A stretch of 64,000 nucleotides of DNA from an uncultured Chloroflexia bacterium (GCA_963840335.1 CAWIYP010000017.1:7879-71878), one strand, 5' to 3'. Shown: positions 49,282-60,868, counted from the first letter of the stretch. Numbers and translations are program-made. The notes: a model not told the origin generated them from the sequence alone.

Positions 49282-49522
49282 TCGCCGCCGGGAGATCCAC
49301 GGCCTGAGCGAGGCCCAGGCGCACCAGGAGCTCTCCGACCAGCGGCGCAAGCTGTTCGAGCTGCGCCTGCAGAAGGTGCGCGGTGAAGTGAAGGACAATC
49401 GGCAGTTTCCGAAGGTCAAAGCCGATATTGCGCGGTTGATGCAACACCTGGGTGAGCTACAGCATGCCCATGCGATGACAGCGGCTGGCGCGCTACCCGA
49501 CGAAACCGCCGGAGAGGAATAA
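49265..49522 (+). CDS. rpmC: 50S ribosomal protein L29
   Basis: GTG start overlapping the rplP end. [45 protein letters not shown]. Confidence 0.85.
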   Translation: MSKLSDRRREIHGLSEAQAHQELSDQRRKLFELRLQKVRGEVKDNRQFPKVKADIARLMQHLGELQHAHAMTAAGALPDETAGEE

Positions 49523-49525
49523 CTG

Positions 49526-49891
49526 ATGAGCGCTGCGAAGTCAGCCGGCGGTCAGGCAAGCGCGACCCCACCACAGGCCGCACAGCCAATGCGTCGGCAG
49601 CAGAAGATCGGGCGCGTGGTGAGCAACAAGATGGATAAGACCATTGTGGTCGCCGTCGAGACGCACAAACGCCACCGCCTCTACAAGCGAACGTACAAAG
49701 CGACGACGAAATTCAAGGCGCACGACGAGCACAATGATGCGCTCATCGGCGACATGGTGCGCATCGAAGAGACGCGGCCTCTGAGCAAAGAGAAGCGCTG
49801 GCGCCTGGTGGAGATCACCCAGCGCGCGGTGCAGGCCCCCTCTGTAGCGCAGGTCGTCTCGCAGCTCGACCCGGGGTCGGAGGGCCGCTAA
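49526..49891 (+). CDS. rpsQ: 30S ribosomal protein S17
   Basis: [29 protein letters not shown]...[28 protein letters not shown]. Confidence 0.94.
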   Translation: MSAAKSAGGQASATPPQAAQPMRRQQKIGRVVSNKMDKTIVVAVETHKRHRLYKRTYKATTKFKAHDEHNDALIGDMVRIEETRPLSKEKRWRLVEITQRAVQAPSVAQVVSQLDPGSEGR

Positions 49892-49892
49892 T

Positions 49893-50261
49893 ATGATTCA
49901 GGTGCAGACCCGTCTCAAGGTCGCCGACAACACCGGCGCCAAAGAGATTATGTGCATCCGCGTACTGGGTGGCTCTAACCGCCGCTATGCGAGCGTCGGC
50001 GACATCATCAAGGCGTCGGTCAAGCAGGCCGCGCCCAATGGCGCCGTCAAGAAGGGCGAAGTTGTCACGGCGGTAGTCGTGCGTGTCGCCAAGGAATATG
50101 GTCGCCCCGATGGCAGCCATATCCGCTTCGACGACAACGCCGCCGTTATCATCTCCGGGGGCAACAACCCCCGTGGGACGCGCATCTTCGGGCCGGTCGC
50201 GCGCGAGTTGCGTGACCGCGCCTTCATGAAGATCATCTCGCTCGCGCCGGAAGTGCTCTAG
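49893..50261 (+). CDS. rplN: 50S ribosomal protein L14
   Basis: [27 protein letters not shown]. Confidence 0.97.
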   Translation: MIQVQTRLKVADNTGAKEIMCIRVLGGSNRRYASVGDIIKASVKQAAPNGAVKKGEVVTAVVVRVAKEYGRPDGSHIRFDDNAAVIISGGNNPRGTRIFGPVARELRDRAFMKIISLAPEVL

Positions 50262-50379
50262 CGACACAACGGCCCGCAGGCGCCCAGACTACACCAGCAC
50301 TGGCGACGATGTGGGCGCCAACGGGCGAGACAACGATCACTACTAGGCCAAAGGGCAAGGGAACGAGGGACATATCGCA

Positions 50380-50766
50380 ATGGCGAATGTAGACGAGAAA
50401 AAGCGCAAGCCCCTGCACCTGGCCAAGCTACACGTGCATAAGGGAGACAATGTTCTCGTGCTGGCTGGCAAAGACCGGGGCAAGCGCGGGAAGGTCATCA
50501 CGACGATGCCGCGCGACAATAAGGTCATTGTCGAAGGCCTCAACATCGTCAAGAAGCATGTGCGGGCGGGCACGAGTGTGGCGGCGGGCATCATCGAGAA
50601 GCCGATGCCGCTCCACGTATCGAACGTGATGGTGATCTGCACCGAATGCGGTGAGCCGACACGCATCGCGCATGAGCGCGTTGAGTCTGGCCCCGACCAG
50701 AAAATGCGGTCACGCCGTATGTGCAAACGCTGCGGCAAGCTGATTGAAGAGCATACGAGGGATTAA
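50380..50766 (+). CDS. rplX: 50S ribosomal protein L24 (Zn-ribbon form)
   Basis: KOW motif [24 protein letters not shown]-terminal CTECG...CKRCG, as in Thermus-type L24. Confidence 0.93.
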   Translation: MANVDEKKRKPLHLAKLHVHKGDNVLVLAGKDRGKRGKVITTMPRDNKVIVEGLNIVKKHVRAGTSVAAGIIEKPMPLHVSNVMVICTECGEPTRIAHERVESGPDQKMRSRRMCKRCGKLIEEHTRD

Positions 50767-50769
50767 GCC

Positions 50770-51327
50770 GTGGCCACGACAACGACATCCGGCCTGAAGA
50801 GCCGCTATCTGACTGAGGTCGCTCCAGGGCTGCGCAAGGAATTCGGGTACGCGAATCCGATGCAGGTTCCCTCGGTGCATAAGGTGGTCATCAACATTGG
50901 CCTGGGCGAAGCGACGCAGAACCCCAAGGCCATCGAGAATGCCCGCCGTGACCTCGCTGACATCACTGGCCAGCAGCCAGTCGTCACCAAGGCCAAGCGC
51001 TCCGTCGCGGCGTTCAAGCTGCGCGAGGGCATGCCCATCGGCGTCATGGTGACGCTGCGCGGCCAGCGTATGTACGACTTCCTGGAGAAGCTGATTGTGC
51101 TGGCGCTGCCGCGTCTGCGCGACTTCCAGGGTGTGCCTGCTGACGCCTTCGACGGGCGCGGCAACTACACGCTCGGCATGAAAGAGCAATTGGCCTTCCC
51201 GGAGATCGACTACGACAAGATCGACAAAGTGCGCGGTATGGAGATCACCATCGTGACCACCGCCCGCACCGACGAAGAAGGCCGCCGCCTGCTTGCGCTG
51301 ATGGGCATGCCCTTCAGCAAGAAGTAA
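50770..51327 (+). CDS. rplE: 50S ribosomal protein L5
   Basis: [26 protein letters not shown]...[13 protein letters not shown] start. Confidence 0.95.
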   Translation: MATTTTSGLKSRYLTEVAPGLRKEFGYANPMQVPSVHKVVINIGLGEATQNPKAIENARRDLADITGQQPVVTKAKRSVAAFKLREGMPIGVMVTLRGQRMYDFLEKLIVLALPRLRDFQGVPADAFDGRGNYTLGMKEQLAFPEIDYDKIDKVRGMEITIVTTARTDEEGRRLLALMGMPFSKK

Positions 51328-51580
51328 GGTCTGCGCGACCCCGGCGCCCTGCCGCACGCCTGACTCACAGAGCGTGAGCCATATGTGGCGGGCGCGGGCG
51401 TAGCTCATGTGAGCGCGCCCGACGTACTGTACGCGAAGTGAAGCAACCGCACAAAGAGCGGGACAAAGAGCACGGAAACCGGCGGATCGCCCGAATGGCG
51501 CTGGCGCGACGACCAATGCGCGCCAGCGACCGCGCGGCCACCGCGCCGAAGCCCGGTCTCTCGCCCTGGAGGGGGCAACG

Positions 51581-51766
51581 ATGGCAAAGACTTCGATGAT
51601 CGTCAAGTCCCAGCGCAAGCCCAAGCATTCGACCCAGCAGCACAATCGGTGCGGTGTCTGTGGTCGCCCGCGTGGGTATATCCGCAAATTCGGCCTCTGT
51701 CGCATCTGCTTCCGCGAGCGTGCGCTCCGGGGCGAGCTGCCCGGCGTGACGAAGTCGAGCTGGTAG
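51581..51766 (+). CDS. rpsZ: 30S ribosomal protein S14, type Z (zinc-binding)
   Basis: 61 aa; [23 protein letters not shown]. Confidence 0.95.
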   Translation: MAKTSMIVKSQRKPKHSTQQHNRCGVCGRPRGYIRKFGLCRICFRERALRGELPGVTKSSW

Positions 51767-51789
51767 GACTGGCGAGGAGAACACGCGGC

Positions 51790-52200
51790 ATGAATATGAC
51801 CGATCCCATCGCGGATATGCTGACGCGCATACGCAACGCGATCATGGCGCGCCACACGCGCGTAACCATTCCATCCTCGAACATGAAGATCGCCATTGCG
51901 CAGATCCTCAAAGAGGAAGGGTATGTCAAGGATTACACGGTCGATAAGCGGCCTGAGAATCCATTTGGCCCACAGGGCGCGATCATCGTGACACTGCGCT
52001 ATGTGGAAAAGCGTTCTGTTATGACCCAGCTCAAGCGGGTCAGCAAGCCCGGCCTGCGCGTCTACACGCGGCGCGATTCCATCCCCCGCGTGCGCGGTGG
52101 CCTGGGCACGGCGATCATTTCGACACCGCAGGGTGTGATGTCAGGCCGCAAGGCGTACCAGCTTGGGCTGGGCGGCGAAGTGGTCTGCTACGTTTGGTAG
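51790..52200 (+). CDS. rpsH: 30S ribosomal protein S8
   Basis: [22 protein letters not shown]...GGEVVCYVW. Internal ATG of ORF 51649..52200. Confidence 0.95.
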   Translation: MNMTDPIADMLTRIRNAIMARHTRVTIPSSNMKIAIAQILKEEGYVKDYTVDKRPENPFGPQGAIIVTLRYVEKRSVMTQLKRVSKPGLRVYTRRDSIPRVRGGLGTAIISTPQGVMSGRKAYQLGLGGEVVCYVW

Positions 52201-52212
52201 GGAGGACGACAT

Positions 52213-52770
52213 ATGTCTCGTATCGGTCGGGCTCCGATTCCAGTTCCATCCGGTGTGAAGGTCGAATTGGGCGCCGATAACTCCGTCACGGTCACCGGAC
52301 CGAAAGGCAAGCTCACGCGCACCTTCCCGCAGTCGATGGAAATCAAGCAGGATGGCGCCACGCTCATCGTCTCGCGGCCAGATGACAGCAAGACGAGCAA
52401 GTCGCTGCATGGCCTCTCGCGTACGTTGCTCAGCAACATGGTGGTCGGTGTCAGCGCGGGCTTCAGCAAGTCGCTGGAGATCAATGGCGTTGGCTATCGT
52501 GTCGCCAAAGTGGGCGAGCATCTCGTATTCTCGGTTGGCTACTCGCACCCGGTGATGGTGAATGCCCCTACGGGTATCTCGTTCGTCACCGAAGGCACGA
52601 CCAAGCTCACCGTGAATGGCATTGACAAGCAGCTCGTCGGTCAGGTCGCGGCGAACATCCGGGCCATCCGCAAGCCGGAGCCATACAAGGGCAAGGGCAT
52701 CAAGTACGCCAATGAGGTCATCCGGCGGAAAGCGGGTAAGGCCGGCAAGGTTGGCGGGAAGAAGAAGTAG
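52213..52770 (+). CDS. rplF: 50S ribosomal protein L6
   Basis: [19 protein letters not shown]...[11 protein letters not shown]. Confidence 0.96.
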   Translation: MSRIGRAPIPVPSGVKVELGADNSVTVTGPKGKLTRTFPQSMEIKQDGATLIVSRPDDSKTSKSLHGLSRTLLSNMVVGVSAGFSKSLEINGVGYRVAKVGEHLVFSVGYSHPVMVNAPTGISFVTEGTTKLTVNGIDKQLVGQVAANIRAIRKPEPYKGKGIKYANEVIRRKAGKAGKVGGKKK

Positions 52771-52773
52771 CGC

Positions 52774-53202
52774 ATGATTAAGAAGCAATATGCGAACCAG
52801 TCGCGCCTGCGCCGCCATCTGCGTGTGCGCAAGCGCCTCGCGGGCACCAGCGAGCGCCCGCGACTCTGCGTCTTCCGCAGCGCCAACCAGATCTACGCGC
52901 AGATCGTTGACGACGCGCAGGGGCGCACACTCGTCGCCGCCTCCTCGCGAGACGCCGACCTGGCGAAGGTAAAGAGCGCTCCCACCGCTGGCGGTGAGGG
53001 CGACGACGCGACTCCAGAGGGCTACCGTGGCCTCGAAGAGAACCGCCGCATTCAGCTCGCCTATAAGGTCGGACTGCTCATCGCGGAGCGCGCCAAGGCC
53101 GCTGGACTTCAGCGGGTCGTGTTTGATCGCGGTGGCTACATCTACCACGGACGTGTAGCTGCCCTGGCCGACGGCGCCCGCAAGGGCGGACTCGACTTCT
53201 AG
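52774..53202 (+). CDS. rplR: 50S ribosomal protein L18
   Basis: [37 protein letters not shown]...[21 protein letters not shown]. Confidence 0.95.
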   Translation: MIKKQYANQSRLRRHLRVRKRLAGTSERPRLCVFRSANQIYAQIVDDAQGRTLVAASSRDADLAKVKSAPTAGGEGDDATPEGYRGLEENRRIQLAYKVGLLIAERAKAAGLQRVVFDRGGYIYHGRVAALADGARKGGLDF

Positions 53203-53224
53203 GCGCGAGGAGATCGGAAGATAC

Positions 53225-53977
53225 ATGCCGAAGATTGATGCAACGCGGCTCGACCTCCAGGAAACGGTCGTCAAGGTCGATCGCGTCTCGAAAGTAGTAA
53301 AGGGCGGGCGTCGGTTCAGCTTCCGCGCGCTCGTCGTGGTGGGTGACCGCGCCGGACATGTTGGCGTGGGCATCGGCAAGGCCACCGAGGTTCCCGAAGC
53401 GATTCGCAAGGGTGTCGAGGATGCGAAGAAGCGGCTGATCGAAGCGCCGCTGCTCGGCACGACGATTCCCTTCGAGTCGCGTGGGCGCTTCTCGGCCTCT
53501 GAGGTGCTGCTGCGCCCGGCCGCCCCTGGCACTGGCGTGATCGCTGGTGGCGCGGTGCGCGCGGTCGTCGAGGCGGTGGGCATCCGCGACATCCTCTCGA
53601 AGTCGCTGGGTAGCTCGAACGCCCTGAACACCGTCATGGCGACGGTCGAGAGCCTGCGCGGTCTGCGCTCCTACGAGGCCGAAGCGGCCCGCCGTGGGCG
53701 CAGCGTGCGTGAGCTGGTCGGCCCACGTCGCGCCGCGCAGATCGCTGAAGCCGCCGCACAGGCCGCCGCGATGGCGCCTATCCAGCGCGAGGAGCGCGAG
53801 GAGCGCGGCGACCGTGGCCGTGGTGGTGACCGCGACCGTCGTGGCCGTGGTGGCGACCGTGGTCAGGGCGGCCCCGGTGGCCAGGGTGGCCCCGGTGGCC
53901 CTGGCCGTGGCGGCCCCGGTGGCCCTGGCCGTGGCGGTCCACGCCGCCCCGGTGGCGGTGGCGGCCCCCGTCGTTAG
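53225..53977 (+). CDS. rpsE: 30S ribosomal protein S5, with an Arg/Gly-rich C-terminal tail
   Basis: [27 protein letters not shown]. About 70-aa tail: [58 protein letters not shown]. Confidence 0.95.
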   Translation: MPKIDATRLDLQETVVKVDRVSKVVKGGRRFSFRALVVVGDRAGHVGVGIGKATEVPEAIRKGVEDAKKRLIEAPLLGTTIPFESRGRFSASEVLLRPAAPGTGVIAGGAVRAVVEAVGIRDILSKSLGSSNALNTVMATVESLRGLRSYEAEAARRGRSVRELVGPRRAAQIAEAAAQAAAMAPIQREEREERGDRGRGGDRDRRGRGGDRGQGGPGGQGGPGGPGRGGPGGPGRGGPRRPGGGGGPRR

Positions 53978-54041
53978 GCGGATGACGCTAGAGTAAACGC
54001 GCCGTCAGGGGATTCTTCCTCTGCGCGGCGCGTGTGGAGCG

Positions 54042-54242
54042 ATGACAATGGCAAAGATACGAATCACCTATACCAAGAGCGTCATCGGCTACAACGCGAA
54101 ACAGAAGGCGACAGTCGCAGCGCTTGGCCTTCGCCACCTCCATCAGTCGGTGGAGCGCGAAGATACCCCCGTCATTCGGGGGATGGTCAACAAAGTGTCG
54201 CACCTGGTGCGTGTTGAAGCGGTGGAGGAGGCGGCCCAGTGA
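54042..54242 (+). CDS. rpmD: 50S ribosomal protein L30
   Basis: [33 protein letters not shown]. Confidence 0.92.
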   Translation: MTMAKIRITYTKSVIGYNAKQKATVAALGLRHLHQSVEREDTPVIRGMVNKVSHLVRVEAVEEAAQ

Positions 54243-54754
54243 AGCTCTCCGAGCTGAGCGCTCCCTATGGAGCGCGCAAATCGCACAAGCGCCTGGGCCG
54301 TGGTCACGGCTCTGGCCGAATGAAGACCTCTGGCCGTGGCCAGAAGGGTCAGAAGGCGCGCACGGGGCATGGCAGCATCCCAGCGTACTTCGAGGGCGGC
54401 CAGAACCGCTTCTCGCAGCGCATGCCATACCTGGGCGGCTTCAAGAATCACTTCAAGAAGGTCTACACCCTCGTCAACCTCAGGGACCTCGACATGTTCG
54501 CGGCCAATGAGGAGGTGAGCGCCGCCACCCTCGTCACCAAGGGCTTCATCCGCCCAGGCGACCAAGAGCAGATGCTCAAGGTGCTCGGCGAAGGCAAGCT
54601 GGATCGCCCGCTCAAGGTGACCGCGCACAAGGTCTCTGAGTCTGCCCGCAAGGCAATCGAGGCCGCTGGTGGCACGGTCACGCTGATCGCGCTTCCAGAG
54701 CGCAAGCGCACCAAGCGCTCGGGCAAGCCTTCGGAATACGACCTGAAGAAGTAG
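54239..54754 (+). CDS. rplO: 50S ribosomal protein L15
   Basis: [41 protein letters not shown]. The GTG start overlaps the rpmD stop (GTGA). Confidence 0.95.
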   Translation: MKLSELSAPYGARKSHKRLGRGHGSGRMKTSGRGQKGQKARTGHGSIPAYFEGGQNRFSQRMPYLGGFKNHFKKVYTLVNLRDLDMFAANEEVSAATLVTKGFIRPGDQEQMLKVLGEGKLDRPLKVTAHKVSESARKAIEAAGGTVTLIALPERKRTKRSGKPSEYDLKK

Positions 54755-55028
54755 CGCGCTCGCGCAGCACATCAGACCTGCTCATGAGGCGAAACAAGCG
54801 ATTAGGGCGTCTGTCCTGAGACGCTCGCAACATGGGCAGGGCTGGTGTATAGTAGCGGGTAACATGTCCTGGGGATAGCGATAGCCCCGACACACACGCC
54901 GCCCGGCTCCCTTGACCCAGCGGGTACGGCGAAATCTCTATCGTGATCTGGATGATTCCTGGCGACGGCCCTGGCGAGATGACCCCCTGGCGTCCGCTGG
55001 CGTCTGCTGGCGTGTACTGGAGGCGAGC

Positions 55029-56363
55029 ATGTGGAACCGGCTCCGCAGCATGTGGACCGTGCCGGATCTGCGTAACAAGATCCTGTTTACCCTGGCGATG
55101 CTGCTGGTGTTCCGTGTCATGGCCTATGTGCCAGTGCCAGGCATTGACCCCAAAAACCTGAGCAGCATCATCAATAAGAGCGGCAACCTGCAACAGTTCT
55201 TTGGCCTGCTCGACGCCTTCTCTGGCGGCTCGTTCAAGAACTTCTCCGTGGTGGCGCTGGGCGTCTACCCCTACATCACCGCGAGCATCGTCGTCCAGCT
55301 CCTTCAAGGCATCATCCCGCGCCTCGCCGAGATGAACAAAGAGGGCGAAGCTGGCCGCAACCGCCTCTCGCAGATCACCCGCTACATCACCGTGCCGCTG
55401 GCGCTGCTCCAGGCGTTCAGCCAGATGGCCATCCTCGTGAACCTGAACGCCGTTTCCTCGTCCCAGTTCAACCTCTTCAACGCCTCGACGCTCATCCCCA
55501 CGCTCGCGACGATGGCCACGCTGACCGGCGGCACCATGTTCCTCGTGTGGATTGGTGAGCTGATCACCGAGAACGGCGTCGGCAACGGCATCTCGCTCAT
55601 CATCTTCGCCAACATCGTCGCTGGTCTGCCACAGACCATCGGCTCGGCGCTGGTGAGCACGAGCGGCACAGGCGCGGGCATCGACAACGGTGGGCTGCTG
55701 ACCATCGGCTTCACCATCGCGCTCAGCCTGGCGATGATCTACGTCATGGTCATCGTCTACATGGCCCAGCGGCGTGTCAGCGTGCGCTACCCGACGAAGC
55801 GCCGCTTCTTCTCCGACTTCCGCGCCAGCGAAGAGACGACCTACATCCCCTTGCAGGTCAACAGCGCGGGCATGATCCCGCTGATCTTCGCCAGCTCCAT
55901 CCTGCTGCTGCCAGTCGTCATCGCCAACTTCGTCGCGTTCAGCTCGAACAAGGCCGTGGCGAACTTCTTCAGCACGGTGCGTATCTGGCTCGATAGCTCG
56001 AACTGGTATTACTGGGTGATCTACGGCGTGCTGGTCTTCCTCTTCACCTACTTCTACGCCATCGTCCTCTGGCAACAGCAGGACAACGCGGAGAACCTCC
56101 AGAAGCAGGGAGCCTTCATCCCCGGCATTCGCCCAGGGCCAAGCACCGAGACGTATCTCTACAACATCCTGAAGCGCATCACGCTGGGTGGCGCGATCTT
56201 CCTGGGCATCGTGGCCATCGCGCCCGCGCTGCTCAGCCGCAACCCCAGCGCGCAGGTCATCCAGGCGGCGTCGCTGCTGATCGTGGTCGGCGTCGTGCTC
56301 GACACGGTGAAGCAGATCGAGGCGCAGATGGTCATGCGCAACTACTCTGGCTTCCTGAGCTAG
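55029..56363 (+). CDS. secY: Preprotein translocase subunit SecY
   Basis: MWNRLRSMWTVPDLRNKILFTLAMLLVFRVMAYVPVPGID...FSVVALGVYPYITASIVVQLL. Internal ATG of ORF 54912..56363. Confidence 0.96.
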   Translation: MWNRLRSMWTVPDLRNKILFTLAMLLVFRVMAYVPVPGIDPKNLSSIINKSGNLQQFFGLLDAFSGGSFKNFSVVALGVYPYITASIVVQLLQGIIPRLAEMNKEGEAGRNRLSQITRYITVPLALLQAFSQMAILVNLNAVSSSQFNLFNASTLIPTLATMATLTGGTMFLVWIGELITENGVGNGISLIIFANIVAGLPQTIGSALVSTSGTGAGIDNGGLLTIGFTIALSLAMIYVMVIVYMAQRRVSVRYPTKRRFFSDFRASEETTYIPLQVNSAGMIPLIFASSILLLPVVIANFVAFSSNKAVANFFSTVRIWLDSSNWYYWVIYGVLVFLFTYFYAIVLWQQQDNAENLQKQGAFIPGIRPGPSTETYLYNILKRITLGGAIFLGIVAIAPALLSRNPSAQVIQAASLLIVVGVVLDTVKQIEAQMVMRNYSGFLS

Positions 56364-56625
56364 CGCGTCCAGCGGACGCTTGCCTGAACCCCGCTCGCTT
56401 CGTTTGCCCGCGCATCTCGCGCGGTGGCGGACGACGCGGCGGGGTTCGTCTACGCAGTTCGGCGCCCGGTCGCGGCTGCGGCGTATCATAGGGTTGGTGC
56501 GCGTCCGCGGTGAGAGCTCTGGTGGCTGCGGGGGCGCGCTGAGATGAAAGACTCCGCCACGATGACGTGGTGGGTGGGCGTCCGGGCTGTGTTTTGGCGC
56601 CAGACGCACTGTGAGGAGACAGTGA

Positions 56626-57271
56626 GTGAACATCATCATGATCGGCGCTCAGGGGAGCGGCAAGGGGACACAGGCGGAGCTACTGGAGCAGCGAGTTGGG
56701 ACTCAAGCCCTGCGCCAGCGGCGACCTGCTGCGCGAGCACATCGCCCAGGGAACGCCGCTGGGCCGCGAGGCGCAGCCATTCGTGGAGCGCGGCGACCTC
56801 GTGCCAGACACGCTGGTCGTGCAGATGATACTCGACTTCATCCGGGCGCAGGGATCCCAGGGTATCGTACTCGATGGCTTCCCGCGCACCATCTCCCAGG
56901 CCGAGCGGCTCGACGCTGATTTCGCGCAGATGGGCCACACGATCGATCGCGTCATCTATCTCGATGTTCCCCGCGAGCTGCTCTCCGAACGCCTCAGCGG
57001 ACGCTACATCTGCCGCGCCCACGGCCATGTCTGGAATCTCAAGACCAAGCCGCCCACTACGCCTGGGATATGCGATATTGACGGCAGCGAATTGTTTCAG
57101 CGCGCCGACGACACGCCCGAAAAGATCGCGCGGCGACTCGACATCTTCTTCAACGAGACGATCAAGCTGCTCGACTACTATGAGGCGCAGGGCAAGCTCG
57201 TCCGGATAAACGGCGCGCGACATATTGACGAGGTTGGGCAGACGATTCTGGCGACGCTGCGCGGCGCGTAG
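56626..57271 (+). CDS. adk: Adenylate kinase, with 1 apparent 1-nt insertion
   Basis: MNIIMIGAQGSGKGTQAELLEQR | LGLKPCASGDLLREHI...GIVLDGFPRT. The frame switches near 56695. Span length is 3n+1. Confidence 0.92.
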
Positions 57272-57306
57272 CGTAGCGCCTTCGGCGCGAGGAAGGCGCG
57301 GAAAGC

Positions 57307-58150
57307 ATGACAATTCACTATCGCAGTGAGACTGAGATCGAGAGTATCCGCCGGGCTGGCCAGGTGGTGATGGAGATTCTGGCGATCTTGCGCGCGGCGA
57401 CGAAGCCGGGCGTCACCACCGGCGAGCTAGACGCCCTCGCCGCCAGTGAGCTTGCCCGGCGCGGCGCGACCTCCAACTTCAAGGGCTATTCACCCGCCAA
57501 GGGTGTTCCGCCGTTCTCAGGCGTCATCTGCGCCTCGGTCAACGAGGAAGTGGTGCATGGCGTCCCCGGCAAGCGCGTCCTGAAGGAAGGCGACATCATC
57601 GCCATTGACTTCGGCGCCATCGTGGACGGCTGGCATGGCGACTCGGCCATCACCGTTCCGGTGGGCAAGATTTCGGCGACGGCGCAGCGGCTGCTGGACG
57701 TGACGCAGGAAGCGTTGCGCCGGGGCATCGCCGCCGCCCGCGCTGGCTCGCGCGTCTTCGACATCACCGCCGCCGTGCAGTCCTACGTCGAGGGCGAAGG
57801 CTTCTCGCTGGTGGAGCATTACGGCGGGCATGGCATCGGGCGCGAGCTGCACGAAGACCCGTTCATCCCGAACGCGAAGGAGCAGGGCATCCCCAATCCG
57901 CTCCTGCGGCCAGGGATGGTCGTCTGCATCGAGCCGATGGTCAGCGTCGGGACGCCACGCACCCGCACCCTGAGCGACAAGTGGACCGTCTCTACCGCCG
58001 ACCACAGCCTGGCGGCGCACTTCGAGCATACCATCGCCATCACGAGCGGGCGATCCGCTGGTGCTGACGAGCCTGGCGGGCGCGGGTTGGCGGGCGCTAG
58101 GCCGCAGTCGGTCTGTTGGGCTGGTGAACGGGTTACGGCTGCTCATGTAG
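57307..58150 (+). CDS. map: Type I methionine aminopeptidase, with 1 apparent frameshift near the 3' end
   Basis: VVHGVPG..DIIAIDFGAIVDGWHGDSA..HYGGHGIG..CIEPM..HFEHTIAIT. The expected end DPLVLTSLAG...LRLLM* is reached by dropping 1 nt near 58045. Span length is 3n+1. Confidence 0.92.
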
Positions 58151-58937
58151 GGATGGTCAGGCTATGGCGACCCAGGGGTGCGCCGAGAAAGAGAGGATGA
58201 CAGCATGTGGCGGCGTAGAACGTCACGGCGATTCACGTCATCCGCGTCGTGCGGTCGTAGCCAGTACGCTGCTTGCTCCTGTTGCTCGTGTTCGAGATTG
58301 GTATCCGCTGCATTCCGCCCAACGGTGTGACGTATACCACGGACGATATCGGCTTCGGGTCGTGACGCTACTCGCGTGAGTTCAGACGCGATGCGAAGAC
58401 GGTAGGCGCCAATGGAATCGCTAAACCAACACCGGCCGATACGTTCAGCTAGCGGGGTTTCTAGGTCGAAGATGTAGCTGCGCCTGCCATGTATGACCTA
58501 TCGAACCCAACACTTCAACTTACACGTTTACGCTCTGATGGGATTCCGATTGAATCGTTCAGCGGGAGGAAGCGGAACATTTGCGGGTACCAATACGTAC
58601 AGAGCGCCGGAGGCTATGCCCAACCTTTTATCCTCTACGCAGTATTGGATCTCGGTCGAATCAGACAACGCTGGCAATTTCAGCTCACTAAATGAGCGGA
58701 AAGCGCCCAAAAGACACGGCATCTTCGCAGGCTCTTTTGCCTGCTGAGCGTCATCTGGCGGCATCTGTTGATACGCCAATCCAGATCGCTGAGCCCGGCC
58801 AGGAATCTTCGGGGTGGTTGCGCCGCTGGTTGTGAGCGCATACTATACGCAATACTGATGATGTCGCGTCCAGGCCGCCCAGCCGAGTGGGCGCGGCCAG
58901 CGAGTCCGGCTACATCGCGAGAGGAGCAGCAGCAGCT

Positions 58938-60512
58938 ATGGAGCAGTCTCTTACCCCACTCGACTTCTTGCAGCGCGCGCGTCTGGTTCACCCCAACCGC
59001 GAGGCCGTGGTGGATGGCGACCTGCGGTACACCTACGCGCAGTTCGCCGAGCGCTGCGACCGCTGGTCGGCGGCGCTGCAACAACAGCTTGGCGTCAAGG
59101 CGACCGACCGCGTCGCCTACATCGCCCCCAACACCCACGCCCAGCTGGAGAGCTTCTACGCCGTTCCGCAGCTCGCGGCGACCCTCGTCCCCGTCAACTA
59201 CCGCCTCACCCCCGACGACTTCGCCTACATCATCAACCACTCCGGCTCCAGCGTCGTCTGCGCGCACAGCGACCAGCTCGACGCCGTGGACAGCATCCGC
59301 GACCAGATTCCGCATGTGCGGCAGTTCGTCGCGCTGGAAGGCGCCCGCGACGGCTGGCTCGACTACGAGGAGCTGCTGGCGGCGGCGCCCACCACCTACA
59401 CCCATCCCGACATCCCCGAGAGTGGCTTGCTCACGATCAACTACACCAGCGGCACGACCTCGCGCCCCAAGGGTGTGATGATCACCCACCGCAACGCCTA
59501 CATGAATACCGTCGGCACGCTGATTCACGCGCACATGTCCCCCGCCGACACGTATCTCTGGACGCTGCCGATGTTCCACGCCAATGGCTGGACCTTCGTC
59601 TGGACGGTGACGGCGGCGGGCGCGAAGCACATCTGCCTGCGCAAGATTGATCCCAGCACGATCTTCGACACCATCAACGAGGAGCATGTGACGATGCTCT
59701 GCGCCGCGCCGACCGTGCTCATCAGCATCGCGGGCGCGCCGGAGGAGGCGCGGGCCAAGGCGCGGCCCGGCGTGCGTGTGATGACGGCGGGCGCGCCACC
59801 CGCTCCGGCCACCATCGAGCGCGTCGAGGGCGAGTTCGGCTGGGAGATCACCCAGGTCTACGGCCTCACCGAGACGGCGCCGTTCATCACCGTCTGCGAG
59901 CCGCTGCCGGAGCATGCCGAACTGAGCCTGCGCGAGCGCGCCATCATCAAGGCGCGGCAGGGTGTGCCGCTCATCACCTCAGGCGAGATCAAGGTGGTGG
60001 ATGAGGAGATGCGCGAGATGCCGCACGACGGCCAGACCCTCGGCGAGATCGTCGCGCGCGGCAACGTCATCATGCGCGGCTACTACAACGACCCGGAGGC
60101 CACGGCGAAGGCGTTCCAGGGCGGCTGGTTCCATACCGGCGACGCGGCGGTGACGCATCCCGATGGCTACATCGAGATTCGCGACCGCATCAAGGATGTC
60201 ATCATCAGCGGCGGCGAGAATATCTCCAGCATCGAGGTCGAGGGCGCGCTGCTGCATCATCCCGCCGTGCAGGAGGCGGCCGTCGTCGGCATGCCCGACC
60301 CGCGCTGGGGTGAGTCGCCGCACGCCTTCGTCGTGCTGAAACCAGGCGCCAGCGTCACGGCGGAGGAGCTGAACCAGTTCGCCCGCGAGCGCCTGGCGCA
60401 CTTCAAGGCGCCGAAGGAATACCACTTCGTCACCGAACTGCCCAAGACCGCGACGGGCAAGATCCAGAAGTACGTGCTGCGCGGTGGCCGGGCGGGCATC
60501 GCCGCGCAGTAG
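58938..60512 (+). CDS. AMP-dependent acyl-CoA synthetase/ligase (FadD-like)
   Basis: AMP-binding motif TINYTSGTTSRPKGVMITH; QVYGLTE; WFHTGD; GKIQKYVLR. Intact. Internal ATG of ORF 58887..60512. Confidence 0.9.
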   Translation: MEQSLTPLDFLQRARLVHPNREAVVDGDLRYTYAQFAERCDRWSAALQQQLGVKATDRVAYIAPNTHAQLESFYAVPQLAATLVPVNYRLTPDDFAYIINHSGSSVVCAHSDQLDAVDSIRDQIPHVRQFVALEGARDGWLDYEELLAAAPTTYTHPDIPESGLLTINYTSGTTSRPKGVMITHRNAYMNTVGTLIHAHMSPADTYLWTLPMFHANGWTFVWTVTAAGAKHICLRKIDPSTIFDTINEEHVTMLCAAPTVLISIAGAPEEARAKARPGVRVMTAGAPPAPATIERVEGEFGWEITQVYGLTETAPFITVCEPLPEHAELSLRERAIIKARQGVPLITSGEIKVVDEEMREMPHDGQTLGEIVARGNVIMRGYYNDPEATAKAFQGGWFHTGDAAVTHPDGYIEIRDRIKDVIISGGENISSIEVEGALLHHPAVQEAAVVGMPDPRWGESPHAFVVLKPGASVTAEELNQFARERLAHFKAPKEYHFVTELPKTATGKIQKYVLRGGRAGIAAQ

Positions 60513-60612
60513 GCCTGGCTAGCGGGCGTTGGCGGTGAGCGGGGGCGGGGAGACCCGCGGCTACAGGCCCGTTGGGCGCTGCCGCTCTACGCGCGCCGCC
60601 CCGCTCGCTCAC

Positions 60613-60722
60613 GCGCCGCCCTGGCGGCCCACAAGATCCGCCGACGCGGACCCGAGAATCTGGACCCGCGCAGGCGGGTCATGTGGCGGCGTCAGCCGCC
60701 TTCAGGCGCGGTTTCAACCGCT
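60613..60722. repeat. Palindromic intergenic repeat element, copy B
   Basis: GGACCCGCGCAGGCGGGTCATGTGGCGGCGTCAGCCGCCTTCAGGCGCGGTTTCAACCGC nearly matches the copy A core. The left arm GCGCCGCCCTGGCGGCCCACAAGATCCGCC is partly complementary. Confidence 0.6.
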
Positions 60723-60772
60723 GGCGCGCTCCCTCGATTAACACGTGACTCGCCATTAACTGCCAGCACGCC

Positions 60773-60868
60773 TCCCCTTCATGTGTGACTAGAATCGCTT
60801 GCGATAGAGACTACTTCCTGTCATACTGACGGCGTGACGATGGGCTGTTGGGCAGGAGGGAAGCCGCT
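60773..60868 (+). promoter_or_regulatory. Conserved 5' region (candidate promoter plus leader) of TIR-STAND paralog 2
   Basis: Counterpart of 12283-12380. TAGAAT at 60790-60795. AGGAGGGAAGCC before ATG 60869. Confidence 0.4.

Noticed and set aside
50620-50745. CxxC...CxxC zinc ribbon at the C-terminus of L24 as a novelty.
   Set aside because: The same arrangement (CPACG...CAKCG) is known in Thermus-type L24. It is a lineage marker rather than a new feature.
56980-57110. Adenylate kinase LID region (CRAHGHVW...GICDIDGSE) as an unusual metal site.
   Set aside because: Partial replacement of the four Cys by His/Asp is a known variation among bacterial Adk LID domains. Nothing in the sequence suggests more than that.
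58167-58479. Calling the start-less minus-strand open frame a HEPN-type toxin on the basis of R/H-containing segments (IRHTVGRNAADTNLEH).
   Set aside because: The spacing does not match the R-x4-6-H HEPN motif convincingly. There is no start codon and no partner antitoxin ORF. It is kept only as an unassigned remnant in the findings.
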